From an uncultured Candidatus Saccharibacteria bacterium (lineage in GTDB: Bacteria > Patescibacteriota > Doudnabacteria > UBA920 > O2-02-FULL-48-8), in the NCBI GenBank assembly GCA_964605735.1, contig CAZSDS010000001.1, forward strand, positions 134,771-198,770: a stretch of 64,000 nucleotides of DNA. Direction: 5' to 3'. Of this stretch, positions 18,143-26,838 are shown one piece after another. Position 1 is the first letter of the stretch, and the number at the start of each line of letters is the position of its first letter. The translations under genes and the position numbers were made by a program. The notes below the pieces were generated by a model. It searched no databases, had not been told where the DNA came from, and saw only the letters and a program-made list of their open reading frames with translations.

Positions 18143-19567
18143 ATGAAACGAACAGAACTTTCTTTTAATCTGATCTCCATTCTGGTTGACTTTATAATGA
18201 TTTTGCTCGCAGGAATTGCGGCTTTTTATTTGCGTTTTGAAATCGCTGAAGTCCGTCCTGTTTTGTTTGATTTAACGATCGGCGATTATGTCCGCAACCT
18301 GTTTTTGGTTTCACCGATTATCATAGGCCTGCTCGCCCTGGCTGGCCTGTACAACTTAAAAGGCACCAGAAGAATATCTTCCGAGCTTTCCCGAATTGTC
18401 CTGGCGATTTCGTCCGGCTTACTTGGTGTTGTCATTTTGTTCTTCTTTAACCAAACAGTGTTCCCATCCCGTATCATTATTCTTTTTACCTGGGGATTGG
18501 CAATCGTCCTAGTCAGCTTGGGAAGAATTATTCTGCGCAGAATTCAGGTTCGCTTGTTGCGCAAGGGGATTGGCGCGCACAAATTAGTTGTCATTGATTG
18601 GGAAGACAGGACGCAAAACAATTTGATGGAAGAGATTTCCAACCGGCCTGAGCTGGGGTACAGGATAGTGGATGTGCTCAAATATCGAGGTGATGTCGAG
18701 CAGATGGTCCAGGAGCTAGAAAAAATCCAGAAAATGACAGGTATTGATGAAATGCTGCAATCAAATCCACGATTGCCTAAAGAGGTTAGTGCACGGCTTT
18801 TGCAGTTCTGTCGCGATTACGGAATTTTGTACAACTTTGTTCCTGATATTTTTGAGACATCTCAGACAAATGTTGAGTTGGCCACCATCTCCGGCGTACC
18901 GGTTGTTGTTTTGAAGGGGACGCCGCTGGAAGGCTGGGGAAAAGTCATTAAGCGCTTGATGGATATAGTTTTTTCATCCATTGGTTTAATTGTTGCCAGC
19001 CCAATTTTCCTGGCCACCGCAATTGCCATCAAAATCAATTCTCGCGGTCCTGTGTTCTTCCACCAGCCGCGGGCAGCCGGACTGGGTTCGTTCGAATGTT
19101 ACAAATTCCGATCCATGTATTATGAAATGAGCGAAGGAACTGCTTCAGGTGATAAGCTAAGAGAAGAGCTGGAAAAGCAAAATGCCCGCCAAGGTCCTTA
19201 CGTAAAGATTAAAAATGACCCGCGTGTTACACCAGTGGGCCGGTTTATCCGCAAAACCAAAATAGACGAACTGCCTCAGCTTTGGCATATTTTACGCGGG
19301 CAGATGAGTTTGGTCGGACCTCGTGTGCACATGGTCAAGGAAGTGGACCATTTCCGAAGCTCATACAAGTGGTTGTTCACAATCAAACCGGGTGCTACAG
19401 GTTTAACACAAATTACGCAGGCAACAGAAAAACCGGAAATTTCCTGGGAAGAGGAAATCAAGCTTGATGCTTTTTACATTGAGAACTGGTCAATCTGGCT
19501 GGATCTGGTCATCATATTTAAAACGGTTCTGATTTTGTTGGGACGAAAACCGAAAGTCGATTACTAA
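18143..19567 (+). CDS. Polyprenyl-phosphate glycosylphosphotransferase (WcaJ/WbaP family)
   Basis: N-terminal TMs, KFRSM, DPRVT..GRFIRK..DELPQL, SLVGPR. Confidence 0.92.
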   Translation: MKRTELSFNLISILVDFIMILLAGIAAFYLRFEIAEVRPVLFDLTIGDYVRNLFLVSPIIIGLLALAGLYNLKGTRRISSELSRIVLAISSGLLGVVILFFFNQTVFPSRIIILFTWGLAIVLVSLGRIILRRIQVRLLRKGIGAHKLVVIDWEDRTQNNLMEEISNRPELGYRIVDVLKYRGDVEQMVQELEKIQKMTGIDEMLQSNPRLPKEVSARLLQFCRDYGILYNFVPDIFETSQTNVELATISGVPVVVLKGTPLEGWGKVIKRLMDIVFSSIGLIVASPIFLATAIAIKINSRGPVFFHQPRAAGLGSFECYKFRSMYYEMSEGTASGDKLREELEKQNARQGPYVKIKNDPRVTPVGRFIRKTKIDELPQLWHILRGQMSLVGPRVHMVKEVDHFRSSYKWLFTIKPGATGLTQITQATEKPEISWEEEIKLDAFYIENWSIWLDLVIIFKTVLILLGRKPKVDY

Positions 19568-20667
19568 TGCGCATAGCACTTGTCCATGATGTCCTGAATC
19601 AGCTTGGAGGAGCTGAGAAGGTGCTGGAAAATTTTTTGGAGATCTGGCCTGATGCTGTGATTCACACAGTGTTTTATGATGAGCAGAAAACATATGGAGT
19701 ATTCGCCAGATTTAAGAAAAGAATCAGCTGGCTTAATAGCTTCCCGTTTGCGCATAAACACCCTAGGCTTTTTGTAGGCGTGATACCGTTGGCTTTTGAG
19801 AACTTTCGTTTTAAGGATTTTGATGTGGTAATTTCCGATTCATCGTCTTTTGCGAAATTTGCCAAATCTCGTGGTAAGCTTCACATCAGTTACATTCATA
19901 CACCAACAAGATTTTTGTGGACTGAACCCGAATATTTAAACAGGCAAAATTACCCGTACTTATTAAGGCTGGCAGGCAAGATAATCCTGCCTTTACTCAG
20001 AAGGTGGGATTATGCCGCGGCTCAGCGCCCCCATTTTTTGATTGCCAACAGCAAGAATATCCAAGACAGGATAAAAAAATATTACAACCGCGAATCATCA
20101 GTCATTTTTCCGCCTGTTGATGCAGATTTTTACAAACCCACGGGACAGAAGCAGAATTATTTTTTGGTTGCGTCCAGGCTGGAGCCGTACAAAAAGATAG
20201 ACCTGGTCATTGAAGCGTTCAATGAGCTGGGCTGGCCCCTGAAAGTTGCAGGAACCGGCACAAACCTGGAAAACCTTAAAAGCATTGCGGGTTCAAATGT
20301 TGAGTTTTTGGGCCGTGTTACTGATGAAGAGCTAAAGCGTCTGTATTCAGAAGCCAAGGCTTATATTTTTGCCGCAGAGGAGGATGCCGGGATTATGGTG
20401 TTGGAAGCTCAGGCGTGCGGCACTCCGGTTATTGCATATGGAAAAGGCGGTGCACTTGAAACAATCGTCCCAGGGCAGACAGGAGAATTTTTCCCTGAGC
20501 AGTCAAAGGAATCCCTAGTTGCCGTATTAAGAAACTTTGATTCTGCAAAATACACCGCAGAGACCCTCCGCACCCACGCAGTTAAATTCAACAAGCAAGT
20601 CTTCCAGGATAAGATCAGAAAATTCGTTGAAGAAAAATATAAACAGTTTTACAAGATAGGGAATTAG
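19567..20667 (+). CDS. Glycosyltransferase family 4
   Basis: ALVHD..GGAEKV, EDAGIMVLEAQACGTPVIA. Confidence 0.9.
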   Translation: MRIALVHDVLNQLGGAEKVLENFLEIWPDAVIHTVFYDEQKTYGVFARFKKRISWLNSFPFAHKHPRLFVGVIPLAFENFRFKDFDVVISDSSSFAKFAKSRGKLHISYIHTPTRFLWTEPEYLNRQNYPYLLRLAGKIILPLLRRWDYAAAQRPHFLIANSKNIQDRIKKYYNRESSVIFPPVDADFYKPTGQKQNYFLVASRLEPYKKIDLVIEAFNELGWPLKVAGTGTNLENLKSIAGSNVEFLGRVTDEELKRLYSEAKAYIFAAEEDAGIMVLEAQACGTPVIAYGKGGALETIVPGQTGEFFPEQSKESLVAVLRNFDSAKYTAETLRTHAVKFNKQVFQDKIRKFVEEKYKQFYKIGN

Positions 20668-20757
20668 GTATGGGTAACGGGTCTGGTCATCGAAGCGCTT
20701 GCGATTAGCACTGCGCTGAGAGGGCCAGCTCTCTACCATAACAAAGACTTAAGGTAT

Positions 20758-21870
20758 ATGAAAATTGGATTAGATTTAAGAATGCTTGGGGGAGGTTCTG
20801 GCATCAGCCGCTACATCTCTGAGCTCACTCAGCAGATTTTGGCTTTGGACAAAACCAATGAGTATGTTTTGTTCTTCAACAAACTGGATGAGCAAACCAA
20901 GTCGGCCTACCAAAAATTCGGCCACAAAATGGTTGAAACCGGCATTCCCCATTACTCCATGGCAGAACAATTTTCATTGCCATCCGTACTGAACAAGGAG
21001 GATCTTGATCTTGTCCACTTTCCGCATTTTAACGCCCCTATGCTTTACGGAAAAAAATTTGTTTCCACCATTCATGACCTGACACACACAAAATTTCCCG
21101 GCAAGAAAAAATCCCATTTTTTCCACCGCCTTGCATATAATCTGGTGATGCTGAATGCAGTTAAGCGCGCCCGCAAAATTATTGCAGTCTCCCAGTCCAC
21201 AAAAAACGAAGTTATTGAGCACTTTGGCATAAATAAGGAAAAAATCCAGGTTATCTATGAAGGGTTTAATTCGATATATAAGGTAATGGACAGGGAGGAA
21301 GCGTTGGCAAAAGTCGCCAATAGATATAAAATTACTAAGCCATTTATACTTTACGTAGGCGTTTGGCGCCGCTATAAAAACATCCCGGCTCTGGCCAGAG
21401 TTTTTGACCGTTTGGTGAAAAGCGGACTTGATTTAGAATTAGTCTTAGCAGGCGAACCAGATCCATTTTATCCTGAAATACAGGAACAAGTTCATTCGAT
21501 TAAGAATAAGGACAGAATAAAAGCGGTTGGCCGCGTATCTGACGAAGATTTGATGCTGTTGTACAATTCTTGCCGCATGTTTGTTCTTCCTTCCCACGCT
21601 GAGGGTTTTGGTTTGACTGCGCTGGAGGCTGCAGCTTGCGGCGCACCGGTAGTAGTCTCAGATATCCCAACCCTGCGCGAAGTTATGGGACACGGCGCAG
21701 AATACTTTGATCCGCAAAATGAAGACAATATGTTCGATGTCATAAAAGGTCTGGTTGTAAATGAGAAGCGGCTTGAGGAGCTTGCCAACGGCGCGCTTTC
21801 AAGATCCAAGCATTACAGCTGGAAACAGGCAGCAGAAGAAACTATTAAGGTATATGAATCAACCAAGTAA
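20758..21870 (+). CDS. Glycosyltransferase family 4
   Basis: TIHDL, EGFGLTALEAAACGAPVVVSD. Confidence 0.9.
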   Translation: MKIGLDLRMLGGGSGISRYISELTQQILALDKTNEYVLFFNKLDEQTKSAYQKFGHKMVETGIPHYSMAEQFSLPSVLNKEDLDLVHFPHFNAPMLYGKKFVSTIHDLTHTKFPGKKKSHFFHRLAYNLVMLNAVKRARKIIAVSQSTKNEVIEHFGINKEKIQVIYEGFNSIYKVMDREEALAKVANRYKITKPFILYVGVWRRYKNIPALARVFDRLVKSGLDLELVLAGEPDPFYPEIQEQVHSIKNKDRIKAVGRVSDEDLMLLYNSCRMFVLPSHAEGFGLTALEAAACGAPVVVSDIPTLREVMGHGAEYFDPQNEDNMFDVIKGLVVNEKRLEELANGALSRSKHYSWKQAAEETIKVYESTK

Positions 21871-22963
21871 AAAAATAATTTTGGCGGGCGGGGGGACTGG
21901 CGGGCCAGTGGCGCCGCTTTTGGCAGTTGCCCGAGAAATAAATAAAATCGACCCAAGCATAAAATTTTTATTCGTGGGAACGAGTCATGGCCCGGAGCAG
22001 AGAATGGTTGCCGGAGCAGGAATTGATTTCGTTTCAATTCCAGCCGCAAAATTCCGCCGTTATTTTTCGTTGGCAAATTTTACCGACATTTTTGTTTTCT
22101 TCTACAGTCTTTTTAAGGCCTGGAAAGTCGTCAGGCGATTCCAGCCTGATTTGGTTTTTGGGGCAGGTGGTTATGTCGCCCTGCCGGTTGCCTGGGTTGC
22201 GAAGCTAAGTGGGGTAAAGATTGCAATACATCAGCAGGATGCCCGCGTAACTTTGACAAACCGCCTGATTTCACCGATAGCATCTTTGATTACCACGGCG
22301 TTTGACCGCACCGCAAAAGAATTTACCTCCGGCAGCGGCTTAAGCAAAGAGCCTCTGCAGGCTGCGGCCGAATGGGTGGGCAATCCTGTTCGCCAGGAAT
22401 TTTTTACCCCTGTCAGTCCCAACGCCAAGCAAAAATTCGGCTTGGATGATTCATTGCCGGTGTTGCTTATTATGGGTGGAGCAACCGGTTCTGCCCAAAT
22501 TAACTCTGTGGTGTCCGGATCCCTGCCGGAGCTGGTTAAGACTCATCAGGTTATCCATATAACAGGGCCGGGAAAAAACGGATCTGCTTTCCGGCACCGC
22601 CATTACCATCCTTATGAATTTTTGGCTGAGGACATGCCTGATGCAATGAAGCTTGCAGATATTGTCATTGCCCGGGCCGGCCTTTCGACAATTGCCGAAC
22701 TTGCAGTATTGGGTAAAATCAGCATTATAGTCCCAATGCCTGATTCTCATCAGGAAGATAATGCGGCAGTGCTCAAAGATAAAGCCGCGGCTGTGGTTTT
22801 GGACAAGTTAGAATTCAATTCCAGCGATTTGCCGCGAATAGTAACCAGCCTGAAATTCAATGTTGCCCGCCAGAAGCTGCTGACTGAAAACATTAAGAAG
22901 ATTATGCCTCATGACGCGGCAGAACGCATGGCGAAACTAATCATTGAACATGTCAGACAATAG
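21854..22963 (+). CDS. murG: MurG N-acetylglucosaminyltransferase
   Basis: AGGGTGG, GGYVALP, GNPVR, RAGLSTIAE, HQ..NA. Confidence 0.9.
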   Translation: MNQPSKKIILAGGGTGGPVAPLLAVAREINKIDPSIKFLFVGTSHGPEQRMVAGAGIDFVSIPAAKFRRYFSLANFTDIFVFFYSLFKAWKVVRRFQPDLVFGAGGYVALPVAWVAKLSGVKIAIHQQDARVTLTNRLISPIASLITTAFDRTAKEFTSGSGLSKEPLQAAAEWVGNPVRQEFFTPVSPNAKQKFGLDDSLPVLLIMGGATGSAQINSVVSGSLPELVKTHQVIHITGPGKNGSAFRHRHYHPYEFLAEDMPDAMKLADIVIARAGLSTIAELAVLGKISIIVPMPDSHQEDNAAVLKDKAAAVVLDKLEFNSSDLPRIVTSLKFNVARQKLLTENIKKIMPHDAAERMAKLIIEHVRQ

Positions 22964-23921
22964 ACCAAAAATCGGTGTGGCTCTTTCTGGTGCTTCCGGA
23001 CGCGCAATTGCACACATTGGCGTGCTTGAGGTTCTGAAGGAAAACAATATCCCCATTGATTACATGGTTGGGTGTTCTTCCGGCGCGCTGATTGCGGCAA
23101 GTTATGCCACTGATACCATGCCATATTTGAAAGAAACTTTTCAGAAAATGGACATGAATAAACTTCTCAGCCTTTGGACCACAAAAAACGCCACGGGAGG
23201 CTTGTTTAATTTAAGCAACGCTGATCCGGAATTCAGAAAACTCACCAAAGGAAAAAGTTTTGAAGAAATTGACCGCCCTAAGCTTGGGTTTGTTGCCGCG
23301 GACATAACCACAGGCGAACTGGTAAATATAACTTCAGGGGACATGATCAAGGCGTTCAAGGCCTCGGTTGCGGTTCCTGGCCTGTTTGAACCGATTATTA
23401 TAGATAACCGGATTCTGGTTGACGGCGGATTGGTTAACATTGTGCCGACCAAAGCAGTCAAAGAAATGGGCGCGGACATTATCATTGGAGTGAACATAGC
23501 AGCCACCAAGTTTATATATGAAAAACGCCTGCCGATCTGGCGCGGCTACCGATTTATTACCAGACTGTTGGGCTTGCAGTTCTTCCGTGAAAAGATCTGG
23601 CCAAAATTGTCTTCACGTATTTTGTTCCAAATTGATTCCCAGTCTGACGTTTTGGAAGAAAAAGACATAAAAGTTCCGGGCGTCTTGTCCATGCTCGCCC
23701 GTGCCCTGGACCATTCGTTGAAGATTTCCGAACAATGGACTGAATCTGAAATGGCTTGCGACCTCATGCTTGAACCGAGAGTTAAGCATTTCGGCAAAAC
23801 AGAGTTCAATAATCTTGATTTGATTTATAACGAAGGCAGGCGGGCCGCCCAACAGGCTGTGCCAAAAATAAAGGCACTTATTGAACAACACGGGTCACAA
23901 AAGAACACAGGAATTAAGTAA
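22950..23921 (+). CDS. Patatin-like phospholipase
   Basis: ALSGA, AHIGVL, GCSSG, LVDGG. Confidence 0.88.
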   Translation: MSDNRPKIGVALSGASGRAIAHIGVLEVLKENNIPIDYMVGCSSGALIAASYATDTMPYLKETFQKMDMNKLLSLWTTKNATGGLFNLSNADPEFRKLTKGKSFEEIDRPKLGFVAADITTGELVNITSGDMIKAFKASVAVPGLFEPIIIDNRILVDGGLVNIVPTKAVKEMGADIIIGVNIAATKFIYEKRLPIWRGYRFITRLLGLQFFREKIWPKLSSRILFQIDSQSDVLEEKDIKVPGVLSMLARALDHSLKISEQWTESEMACDLMLEPRVKHFGKTEFNNLDLIYNEGRRAAQQAVPKIKALIEQHGSQKNTGIK

Positions 23922-23931
23922 GAGAGGACGA

Positions 23932-25326
23932 ATGAAACTGGAAAAAGTATCTCATGTCCACTGTATAGGAATTGGTGGAATTGGCGTGTCAGCCGTGGCG
24001 CGGCTGTTTCTGGCGCAGGGTAAAACAGTCTCAGGTTCGGATATCCGCGAATCTTCAGTCACTGAGGAGTTAAAAGCCCTTGGCGTTAGGATCATGATAG
24101 GGCATAGCGCTGAGAATGTCGGTCCAAACACTGAATTGGTCGTGCATACGGAAGATGTAAATGAAACCTCTCCAGGGTATGTTGAAATCGGACAGGGTAA
24201 AAAAATAGGGGCCGAGGTTTTAAGTTATGCAAAAGTGGTTGGTTTAATTATGCAGGGCATGAAGGGAATTGGTGTTTCCGGGACGAACGGCAAATCAACC
24301 ACAACCGCTATGCTTGGGTTAATTGCCGAAAAGGCCGGGGCAGACCCAACCGTCATCGTTGGTTCAAAAATTCCCAAATTGCCCGGATCAAGCTTTCGCT
24401 CGAATACCAGGGTCGGGGAATCGAATATCTTTATAGTTGAGGCGGATGAGTACCACCGGCACATGCTTGATGCTAAACCGTGGGGTGTCATAATCACAAA
24501 CATCAACGCGGACCATTTAGACTATTACAAGGACCTGGGGGAAATCCAGGAAGCTTTTAATGAGTATGTTAATGCTTTGCCTGACGATGGCGTTTTGATT
24601 TACAACTCCGATGACGCGCCATCGCAGAACATGGCGGAAACGGCAAGGGTCTCAAAATTGTCTTTTGGCTTTGGGGAAAAGGCTGACGTGAGGGCGCTTA
24701 ATGTGCGCACAGAAGGGCGTAAGCAGAGCTTTGAGCTTATATATAAAGGCAAGAATCTGGGTGAGTTCAGTTTGGTTGTGCCCGGACAGCATAATCTGGC
24801 CAATGCCCTGGCTGCAGCTGCGATGGCGCTTGCATTAGGCATCAGTCCTGAGCATATAAAAACTTCCCTGGCCGAGTTTCCGGGCATATGGAGGAGGTTT
24901 GAAACAGTCGGGGAAGTTGAAGGGAAAATTTTGATTTCAGACTACGCCCATCATCCTGATGGCATTCTCAGAACTTTAGAAGCAGTAAGGCAGTTCTACC
25001 CGGATTCGAAAGTTCTAACGGTATTCCAGCCGCACCAGAAAAACCGCACCAGCAAATTATATAAGGAATTTTTGGAATCGCTAAAACCGTGCGACGGCCT
25101 GATTCTCACGGAGATATTCAGCGTTGTTGGTCGGGAGAAAACCAACATTAATATTACTTCCAAAACGTTGGCTGAGGATCTTAAGCCGCACGTCAAAGAA
25201 GTTTTTTTCGCGGAAGATTTAAGAGAAACTGAGAAACTTATCAGAGAAGAGGCAAAGAACTATCAAATCATTCTGTTTATGGGTGCAGGTGATATTGATA
25301 CCCTTGCGCGGAAACTGGCACAATGA
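23932..25326 (+). CDS. murC: UDP-N-acetylmuramate-L-alanine ligase
   Basis: GIGGIGVS, GTNGKSTT, EADEY, DYAHHP, FQPH. Confidence 0.93.
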   Translation: MKLEKVSHVHCIGIGGIGVSAVARLFLAQGKTVSGSDIRESSVTEELKALGVRIMIGHSAENVGPNTELVVHTEDVNETSPGYVEIGQGKKIGAEVLSYAKVVGLIMQGMKGIGVSGTNGKSTTTAMLGLIAEKAGADPTVIVGSKIPKLPGSSFRSNTRVGESNIFIVEADEYHRHMLDAKPWGVIITNINADHLDYYKDLGEIQEAFNEYVNALPDDGVLIYNSDDAPSQNMAETARVSKLSFGFGEKADVRALNVRTEGRKQSFELIYKGKNLGEFSLVVPGQHNLANALAAAAMALALGISPEHIKTSLAEFPGIWRRFETVGEVEGKILISDYAHHPDGILRTLEAVRQFYPDSKVLTVFQPHQKNRTSKLYKEFLESLKPCDGLILTEIFSVVGREKTNINITSKTLAEDLKPHVKEVFFAEDLRETEKLIREEAKNYQIILFMGAGDIDTLARKLAQ

Positions 25327-25408
25327 TAATTTAGTCTATTTGTTCGTTGACTGGTCCGGATTTTAAAAGCTACAATATATGTAAATTAACGCAAGCCAAG
25401 GAGCAAAC

Positions 25409-25744
25409 ATGAACATTGCCATAAAAACCACGAATTTTGAAATGACGGAAGCAATAAAGGCATATGCGGAAGATAAAGTGGGAGCACTGGAGAAATTTGT
25501 GGATGCCATGCAGGCCAATATTGAACTGGAAAGGGACAGAAAACATACTTCAGGAAATGTGTTTAGGGCAGAGGTTATGATGACCGTTGGCGGCAAACAG
25601 TTAAGGGCGGACGCCAGCGCCACAGATATGTATGCGGCAATTGACTTAGTCATCCCTAAATTGAAAGAACAAATCGCTAAATATAAAGATAAGCGCGATA
25701 CGTTGCAAAAAAGGGGAGCAAGGGCTGCAAAAAACAAGAATTAA
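25409..25744 (+). CDS. hpf: Ribosome hibernation factor HPF/RaiA
   Basis: MNIAI...T.AI..YA..K, DMYAAIDLV..KL..Q. Confidence 0.9.
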   Translation: MNIAIKTTNFEMTEAIKAYAEDKVGALEKFVDAMQANIELERDRKHTSGNVFRAEVMMTVGGKQLRADASATDMYAAIDLVIPKLKEQIAKYKDKRDTLQKRGARAAKNKN

Positions 25745-25765
25745 ATAGGGTTAGTGGTAAAAAAT

Positions 25766-25826
25766 GGCTTATTTAAGCCATTTTTTACTTGTCTGGATTG
25801 ACGGATTGCCCCCGTTATGCTAAACT
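25766..25826 (+). promoter_or_regulatory. GGCTTATTTAAGCC palindrome plus sigma70 promoter of unit B
   Basis: Palindrome 25766-25779; TTGACG-17-TAAACT with TGn extension, 25798-25826. Confidence 0.6.
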
Positions 25827-25832
25827 GCTTGC

Positions 25833-26405
25833 ATTCGTAAGTTGAACGTTCAACATCCGTCCAGGAGGACACTCATGACCGACGCCCGCGACCGTTACGG
25901 CGGCCAGCTGACCAGCCCCGCCACCTCAACGATGCATACGCCGCGTTTCTCGTCTCGCCTCGTCGCCGCCGCCGCACGCCGCGTGTAGCCACAAACCGGC
26001 TGGCCGCGGTTCGCACTGTACTACTCGTTTAGCATCTGTTCTCGCCTAAGAGGAGAGTGATGATGCCTCAGATTCGAGCACCGACGTAGTCACGCCAGAC
26101 ACCGGCGGCTGAGATTTGGGCCGAAGCTATCGGCTTCTCTGCCGCCACGCAACCCATTTACATCGTTTCGGTTTCCGCTCCTGAGCGCATTGGTTTTGAT
26201 GAAGCCAGGACCGGATCGGCGGATCTCCATTTGGATCTCCGCCGCGAACGGGGCGCTTTGATTTGCCGCCCCATGCGACCGTGCGTCGCGATTAGTCGGC
26301 AGTCGTTAACCTCAGGGTTCGCCGCCGCGTTGCCGTTGCTTGCGCGCGACGGGTTCCCTTCTTCCCGGCCAACTCATCTCTCATTGAGTTGGCCGGCTTT
26401 ATTTT
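25833..26405 (+). ncRNA. Candidate ~570 nt GC-rich structured RNA (unit B), possibly with a 37-aa sORF
   Basis: Promoter to 12-bp terminator stem at 26365-26405; multiple hairpins. Confidence 0.45.
25875..25988 (+). CDS. Possible 37-aa small ORF
   Basis: CAGGAGGACACTC-ATG; MTDARDRYGGQLTSPATSTMHTPRFSSRLVAAAARRV. Confidence 0.4.
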   Translation: MTDARDRYGGQLTSPATSTMHTPRFSSRLVAAAARRV

Positions 26406-26432
26406 GCAAAAAAATCCCAGAGCGGCAAGTCC

Positions 26433-26770
26433 TTGACGTTATGCTGTCGCTTATTTATGATAAATTCGCAATCCAATTCCGGGTTTGCAAAAACACAGGG
26501 AGGTTTTTACGACAAAAAGTGTGAGACGTCGCGTCGTTCGTGCCCCTCGCCCAAAAAGGCCCGCGGACACAAGCGCCGCCTCGCCAATTGGGCATTGGCC
26601 TGAACCCTGACTAGACGGGTTCTACCACCCACCACACTTTCGTTCGGCAATACCCGCATGCGAACCGGGATGTTAGCTTGCCCCTTAACCGCACAACAAC
26701 GGCATCGAAGTGGCTAGCGCCCGGCTCATCCATAAGGCCCGCTCACTAGCTGAGACGGGCCTTTCTTTTT
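26433..26770 (+). other. Second short promoter-terminator unit (unit C), no clear gene
   Basis: TTGACG-17-TATGAT at 26433-26461; terminator 26734-26770. Confidence 0.45.
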
Positions 26771-26838
26771 ACCTTGGTTTTTAGTATAATATTGGAGCTA
26801 ATTTTAAGTATTTTTCGATAATAACAGCCACTAATTAC

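Noticed and set aside
26231-26524. 97-aa ORF
   Set aside because: Crosses a terminator and the next promoter; no SD
25833-26770. raiA-motif RNA because hpf/raiA is adjacent
   Set aside because: Lies downstream rather than upstream of raiA, and I could not recognise the motif's conserved segments; needs cmsearch to exclude fully
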